Source: Verrucomicrobiia bacterium | Lineage (GTDB): Bacteria > Verrucomicrobiota > Verrucomicrobiia > Limisphaerales > UBA1319 | NCBI GenBank assembly: GCA_963664225.1 | Contig: OY760937.1 | Location: 5,632,001 to 5,696,000 of the forward strand | Reading direction: 5' to 3' | Length of the DNA stretch: 64,000 nt | Part shown: positions 58,688 to 64,000 of the stretch, one piece after another | Position numbering within the stretch: position 1 is the first letter of the stretch | Layout of the letters: each line of letters begins with the position of its first letter | Made by a program: the position numbers and the translations under genes | The notes under the pieces: generated by a model | Databases searched by the model: none | Told to the model about the DNA's origin: nothing | Seen by the model: the letters and a program-made list of their open reading frames with translations, nothing else

Positions 58688-59560
58688 CTAAACGTATATC
58701 GACTCGCCACTGGTTTTAGTCAAGGAATGGTAGGCCTGAATCAGAGTTGCTGTGGCAGGTCCTGGTTTTCCGGTGCCAATCACACGGCCATCGATTTTGA
58801 CCACAGGCACAATTTCAGCCGCAGTCCCGGTCACAAAGCATTCCTCGGCGTTGTAGAGGTCATAGCGTGTCAGGTTGGGTTCCGAGACGGTCATGCCTGC
58901 TTTCCTGGCTAATTCCTGAACCACTCCACGGGTAATGCCGTAAAGCGCTCCGGCCGAGAGGGGAGGGGTCAGCAAGTGCCCTTCTTTGACGATGAAAATA
59001 TTGTCTCCGGTGCATTCAGCCACATACCCATCGGAATTGAGCAGAATCGCCTCTTCGCAGCCGGCATTGTTGGCCTCGATCTTGGCTAAAATGTTATTCA
59101 AATAATTCAGGGACTTGATCGCCGGATTCAGTGCGTTGTGAAGATTCCGGGTGGTGGGCACGGTTACGATGACCATTCCGTTGCGATACATTTCCTCCGG
59201 GTAGAGGGCGATTTTGTCCGCAATAATGATCACCGAGGGATTCTTGCAGCGGTTGGGATTCAGACCCAGCGTGCCAACACCGCGGGTGACCACCAACCGG
59301 ATGTAGCCATCCTTGATGTTGTTTTGACGGCAGGATTCCACGACGGCTTTGACAAACTCGGCATGGGACAAGGGCAAATCCAGGAGAATGGCCTTGGCGG
59401 AATAGAATAGCCGGTCAATATGCTCCTTGAGCCGGAATACTCTTCCGTTGTAAGCGCGGATGCCCTCGAAAATGCCATCTCCGTAAAGGAGACCGTGATC
59501 AAACACGGATATTTTCGCGTCCTTTTCTTCTACAAATTGGCCATCAATATAGATTTTCAT
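58688..59560 (-). CDS. ilvE: Branched-chain amino acid aminotransferase (class IV PLP)
   Basis: DHGLLYGDGIFEG, KSLNY, E..GDNIF, GITR, TGTAAE. Confidence 0.92.
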   Translation of the reverse strand: MKIYIDGQFVEEKDAKISVFDHGLLYGDGIFEGIRAYNGRVFRLKEHIDRLFYSAKAILLDLPLSHAEFVKAVVESCRQNNIKDGYIRLVVTRGVGTLGLNPNRCKNPSVIIIADKIALYPEEMYRNGMVIVTVPTTRNLHNALNPAIKSLNYLNNILAKIEANNAGCEEAILLNSDGYVAECTGDNIFIVKEGHLLTPPLSAGALYGITRGVVQELARKAGMTVSEPNLTRYDLYNAEECFVTGTAAEIVPVVKIDGRVIGTGKPGPATATLIQAYHSLTKTSGESIYV

Positions 59561-59706
59561 GTTACTTGACTCGGCCAGCTTACTGGAAATGCCCCAATGG
59601 AATCAACTGACATTCTCATTATTGAGCAGCATTTTTCGGGCCGATTCGAGAAGTATTCGAGTTGCCGGGATGTCGGCCGTGGCCCTGACGCAAATTCAAG
59701 ATTCTC

Positions 59707-60453
59707 TCAGAGTGAAAGGGGCGTTTGATTGTTGGTGGCCTTTCCATCAACAATTTCAATCCCGTGTGGGGCGCGAGAGGCCAACTTGGCATCATGGGTG
59801 GCAATGATCAGTGTGGCATTTCTCTCCTCACGAAGCGAGCAGAGCAGAGAAATAATTTCCTCACCGGTATGTGAATCGAGATTGCCAGTCGGTTCATCGG
59901 CCAGAATAACGGCTGGATCGTTGATTAACGCCCGGGCAATGGCAACCCGCTGCTGTTCGCCGCCGGAAAGTTCGGAGGGCCGATGTTCCCATCGGTTCGC
60001 CAGTCCGACGCGATCCAGCAAATCGCGCCCCCGGGATTCGACCTCCCTGGCATTTCGCCGGGCCATTCGGGCCGGCAAACAGACATTCTCCAGAGCATCC
60101 AGTTCGGGCAGGAGATGATAAGCTTGAAAAATAAAGCCCACCTTTGCGTTTCTGAAGCGGCTTAACTCCAATTCGGACATGGAGGCGAGATTCTGACCAT
60201 CGAAGATAATGTCACCCGAATTCGGAGTGTCCAAACCGCCAAGCAAGTGGAGTAAGGTGCTTTTTCCTGCGCCTGAAGCACCTCGAATGGCTAGAAATTC
60301 CCCTTTGTATATGCACAAGTCAATGCCTTGCAAAACAATAACATCGCGATGGCCAATTTGGTAATTCTTGACGACCGATCTGGCGATCACCAGCGGTTCG
60401 AGTGACATGTCAACCGAAGCGGCAGGGTTTTCAGATGCGGTCAAGTTATTCAT
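59707..60453 (-). CDS. lolD: LolD-like ABC transporter ATPase
   Basis: GASGAGKST, GFIFQ.YHLL, LSGGEQQR, ADEPTGNLD; start overlaps permease stop. Confidence 0.85.
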   Translation of the reverse strand: MNNLTASENPAASVDMSLEPLVIARSVVKNYQIGHRDVIVLQGIDLCIYKGEFLAIRGASGAGKSTLLHLLGGLDTPNSGDIIFDGQNLASMSELELSRFRNAKVGFIFQAYHLLPELDALENVCLPARMARRNAREVESRGRDLLDRVGLANRWEHRPSELSGGEQQRVAIARALINDPAVILADEPTGNLDSHTGEEIISLLCSLREERNATLIIATHDAKLASRAPHGIEIVDGKATNNQTPLSL

Positions 60454-61732
60454 GGCGAAGGGCTTCGACAGGATGCATGCGGCTGGCATTCCATGCGGGC
60501 AGCAAGCCCGCCACGATACAAAACAATAGCGATACTCCACAGATGACCGCGATATCCCGGGGCATGATCAGGGCGGGCAGTTCTTGAAAGTTATAGACCG
60601 ACGCAGGAAACAATTCGAAGCCGGTCACCCGGTTCATAACATGGAGGAATTGGTTGCGATAAGTCAAAGCGAGCATTCCAAGACCAAACCCTGCCAATAC
60701 GCCCAACACGCCGACCAGAATGCTCTGGCTCAGGAATAGCCACAAGATTTGTAGCCGCGTGGCTCCCAGAGCTTTTAGCAGGCCAATTTCCCGGGTTTTC
60801 TGGACCACAAAAGTGATTAAAGCGCTGGTGATGCCGAACGCCGCGACAATCATGATGAAAAACAGGATGTAAAACATGACGTTCTTCTCGACGATTAAAG
60901 CGTTTAGGATGCTGGAGTTTTCCTCGTTCCAGGTCTTAATTGTAAAATTCCGCCCCAACAATGGTTCCAACTCGTCGCGGACGGCGTTTGCGCTGTAGGG
61001 GTCTTTGAGCATCACCAAAAGGCCATGCACGGAATCATTGAGATCATATAAATCCTGGGCATTGGCAAGGGAGCACAGGATTACCGAGGAGTTGTATTCG
61101 AAATAGCCGACATCGAAGATGCCGCGCACGACATAATCGTCCGGCAGGAACAAATCCTCGCGATTGTCCTGGTTTTTATTCTTACGATTGCTGTCCCTCA
61201 TTTTTTGGAGATTGCGTGGAGAGTGGATGGCCACAACATCATTAACCTCCAATTTCAGCATTTGCGCCAGTTCGGAACCCACGAGAATACCTTTGCCGGA
61301 AACATCGTAATGGCCCGCAATGATGCTGGTGGGAAGGATGCTCACCGTGGCTTCCGCTATTGGATCGATGCCCCGAATGTAGGGTGCCGCCACCTGAGAA
61401 CTGCCCGAGTCGGGCTGGGTTTCCATCAGAACAGGGCCAACGATAAAGGGAGCAACGCCTTTGACCTGGTTGTTGGTAGCAACCATGGAAGCAATGGGGG
61501 GATAGTTCCGCAGCGTAGAGTGAGCGGAGGTGATACGCAGATGCGCATTAAAGCCGAGAATTTTCTCGCGCAATTGCTTGTCGAATCCGCTCATGACGCT
61601 GATCACGATGATCAAAACGGCAACACCCAGCATGACCCCGATGATCGAAATCAAGGTTATGATGGACACGTAAGTCCGCTTGGGCCGCAGATACCGCAGC
61701 GCCAGCAGCAACTCGAACGGAAGCCGCGACAT
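60446..61732 (-). CDS. LolC/E-family lipoprotein-releasing ABC permease
   Basis: ALRYLR, VLIIVISVMSGF, K.REIGLLKALGA, PA..A....PVEALRHE. Confidence 0.9.
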   Translation of the reverse strand: MSRLPFELLLALRYLRPKRTYVSIITLISIIGVMLGVAVLIIVISVMSGFDKQLREKILGFNAHLRITSAHSTLRNYPPIASMVATNNQVKGVAPFIVGPVLMETQPDSGSSQVAAPYIRGIDPIAEATVSILPTSIIAGHYDVSGKGILVGSELAQMLKLEVNDVVAIHSPRNLQKMRDSNRKNKNQDNREDLFLPDDYVVRGIFDVGYFEYNSSVILCSLANAQDLYDLNDSVHGLLVMLKDPYSANAVRDELEPLLGRNFTIKTWNEENSSILNALIVEKNVMFYILFFIMIVAAFGITSALITFVVQKTREIGLLKALGATRLQILWLFLSQSILVGVLGVLAGFGLGMLALTYRNQFLHVMNRVTGFELFPASVYNFQELPALIMPRDIAVICGVSLLFCIVAGLLPAWNASRMHPVEALRHE

Positions 61733-61869
61733 GCATCAGAGGCTAATCAGTGCCGGGTGGAGAGTCAATGACCCGCACGCCAAAATCCGGGTTCTTAAAA
61801 ATTGCAAATAGAGCATCGATGAGGAACACTTCCAAGGCAGACAGCAAAGTTGCCACTAAATAGATCACC

Positions 61870-63282
61870 ATGAATGATTCACATGAATTATCCCAATTCG
61901 ATCTCGCCGTGATTGGCGCAGGAAGTGGTGGATTTGCCGCGGCAAGAACAGCGTCTGCGTCCGGTTTGAAGGTGGCTGTGGTTGATGGGGGGGCTGAGAT
62001 TGGAGGACTGTGCATTTTAAGGGGCTGCATGCCCTCCAAAGCACTGCTTTACGCGGCTGAAGTGCGGCATTTAAGTCTCAAGGGAGATGTCTGGGGCCTG
62101 AAGCCGGGGAATTTGGGCTTTGATTTCGAGAAAGTCCAGGCGCGAAAAGACGCGATGGTGGAGAATTTTGCCTCGTTCCGCCGGGAACAATTGGCCAAAG
62201 GGTCGTTTACTTTCATTCGCAGCAAGGCCAGGTTTTCCGATCCCCATACGCTGGAGTTAGAGGATGGGGCCACCTTGACCGCCAGGCATATCGTCATCAG
62301 CACAGGATCGAAGATCGGTCTGCCTTTGGTGCCGGGACTTTGTGATATAGGTTATTTGACCAGCGACACCGCGCTTGGACTTCACAAACTGCCCAAATCG
62401 ATGATTGTTTTGGGCGGGGGACCGGTGGCGGTTGAATTGGCGCAGTTTTTCCAGCGTTTCGATGTTCAAGTCACAATGGTTCAGCGCAGTCCGCACATCT
62501 TAAAAGGTTTGGATATCGATGCCGCTGAAGCTGTGGAATCAGCCTTAACAAAAGAGGGCATGGTACTTTATACCGATACGAAAGTGCTGCAGGCCCGATT
62601 GCAGAACGGACGCAAATCGGTCGTTTTCGAACGGGCGGGGGAGCGAATGGAGATGGAGGCGGAGGAAATTCTATACGCAATGGGCCGCATTCCAAACACG
62701 GAGGATTTGGCGCTGGAGCGCGCTGGTGTGGTCACTGAGGATGGACGGATCGTGACCGCCCTTTCCATGCAAACCTCTGTTCCGCACATTTACGCAGCCG
62801 GGGATTGCACCGGTCCTTATGAGATTGTGCACATCGCAATCCAACAGGGCGAAACAGCGGCGCGGAATATTATCGATCATTCGAATGCGCACACCATGGA
62901 TTACCGGTTGCTGTGCGAAGTGGTTTTTAGCGATCCCCAGGCTGCGCAGGTGGGTCTGACTGAGAAAGAAGCCACGCTACGCAGGATTCCTTACCTGGCG
63001 GCCAGTTATCCTTTTAACGATCACGGCAAGTCCCTCATCATGGAAGCACTTGAGGGTTTCGTAAAACTGCTGGCCAATCCGGAAACCGGCGAAATCATCG
63101 GCGGCACTGTTGTGGGACCGTCTGGGGGGGAATTGATTCATGAAATTGTGGCGGCCATGCATAAGCGGATGACCGTGCGAGAGTTGGCCGCAATGCCCCA
63201 TTACCATCCGACGCTTGCGGAGATATGGACTTATCCTGCAGAAGAGCTTGCGGACAAAATTCCCATCAAACACGGTGCCTGA
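61870..63282 (+). CDS. Class I pyridine nucleotide-disulfide oxidoreductase (Lpd/MerA-like)
   Basis: IGAGSGG, GGLCILRGCMPSK, GGG..AVE, AAGD, YHPTLAE. Confidence 0.9.
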   Translation: MNDSHELSQFDLAVIGAGSGGFAAARTASASGLKVAVVDGGAEIGGLCILRGCMPSKALLYAAEVRHLSLKGDVWGLKPGNLGFDFEKVQARKDAMVENFASFRREQLAKGSFTFIRSKARFSDPHTLELEDGATLTARHIVISTGSKIGLPLVPGLCDIGYLTSDTALGLHKLPKSMIVLGGGPVAVELAQFFQRFDVQVTMVQRSPHILKGLDIDAAEAVESALTKEGMVLYTDTKVLQARLQNGRKSVVFERAGERMEMEAEEILYAMGRIPNTEDLALERAGVVTEDGRIVTALSMQTSVPHIYAAGDCTGPYEIVHIAIQQGETAARNIIDHSNAHTMDYRLLCEVVFSDPQAAQVGLTEKEATLRRIPYLAASYPFNDHGKSLIMEALEGFVKLLANPETGEIIGGTVVGPSGGELIHEIVAAMHKRMTVRELAAMPHYHPTLAEIWTYPAEELADKIPIKHGA

Positions 63283-63371
63283 TTCACGAAAAAGCCGGGC
63301 GAAATGTCGGCAAAGATATCGCAGCGTTCTTCTTGCCTTGGAGCATTCCGGCGTTAGACTGCGCCGCCGCT

Positions 63372-64000
63372 ATGGTTGATTTACAAACGCTCAATCCGCA
63401 GCAAAGACTCGCTGTGGAGACGATCAAGGGACCGGTGTTGATCCTCGCGGGAGCTGGAACTGGCAAGACCCGCGTGATTACTTACCGGATTGCCCATATG
63501 ATCGACCGTGGCATTTCGCCTGGAAGCATCCTGGCGGTCACCTTCACCAACAAAGCCGCCCGTGAGATGAAAGAGCGGGTTTCGCAATTGGTGCCGCGGG
63601 GTCCAAGGCGCAAGGAGGACGAGGCCCCAAAGGATTGGCTGACTATTTCCACGTTCCATTCACTGGGCGCCCGCATTCTCCGCCAGTATATCGATCGGCT
63701 GGGGTATAAACGCAATTTTGTCATTTATGACGATTCCGACCAGTTGGGCGTGGTCAAAAAAATTGTGAGCCATATTTCCGCCAAAGGCGAAAAAATGGAT
63801 CCCAGGGAGATTCTGGGCGCAGTCAGCAAATTAAAAACAAAAGGGGCGCCAGGCGCGATGGACGATGCCGGAGTCACCGGCATGGGTTACCATGTGCGGC
63901 CCAGATATGAAACGGCTCTGCATGCCTGCAACGCGGTCGATTACGACGATTTGATTTTGCTTCCCCTGAAACTTTTCAAAGAGCATCCCGATGTTCTGGA
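63372..64000 (+). CDS. UvrD/PcrA/Rep-family helicase (3' truncated by window)
   Basis: Hand translation: LNPQQ..AV..GPVLILAGAGTGKTRVIT.RIA, ILAVTFTNKAAREMKER, STFHS; absent from ORF track. Confidence 0.93.
   Translation, partial: MVDLQTLNPQQRLAVETIKGPVLILAGAGTGKTRVITYRIAHMIDRGISPGSILAVTFTNKAAREMKERVSQLVPRGPRRKEDEAPKDWLTISTFHSLGARILRQYIDRLGYKRNFVIYDDSDQLGVVKKIVSHISAKGEKMDPREILGAVSKLKTKGAPGAMDDAGVTGMGYHVRPRYETALHACNAVDYDDLILLPLKLFKEHPDVL

Noticed and set aside
61870..63282. Mercuric reductase merA
   Set aside because: No C-terminal Cys-Cys pair, no N-terminal metal-binding domain, no mer genes nearby

Overview
Gene-dense bacterial chromosomal segment with no rRNA, tRNA, CRISPR array, transposase or phage gene that I could see. 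Gene content (LpxC-FabZ fusion, McsA/McsB/ClpC in an LPS-making diderm, several Tat-exported Gfo/Idh/MocA proteins, pilin-like 'MLLPALSK' helix) suggests Verrucomicrobiota/PVC; this is an inference. Housekeeping genes: lpxC-fabZ, lpxA, deoC, tkt, ilvD, ilvE, thiL, tsaE, tsaB, mcsA-mcsB-clpC, lolD/lolC-E, a UvrD-family helicase. Unusual parts: (1) a five-gene terpenoid-like cluster (ferredoxin, radical SAM, DUF116-polyprenyl synthase fusion, single-barrel prenyltransferase-repeat protein, DXDD squalene-hopene-cyclase-like enzyme) without squalene synthase genes in the window; (2) an expanded MglA/MglB GTPase locus with extra Roadblock-type proteins and a REC-DUF4388-Roadblock regulator; (3) a 2488-aa internally duplicated membrane protein; (4) secreted proteins built from a ~200-aa domain I cannot name; (5) IlvD with an inserted SnoaL/NTF2-like domain; (6) a 38-aa lipoprotein missed by the ORF track. 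All calls come from motif recognition by eye; no database searches were run.
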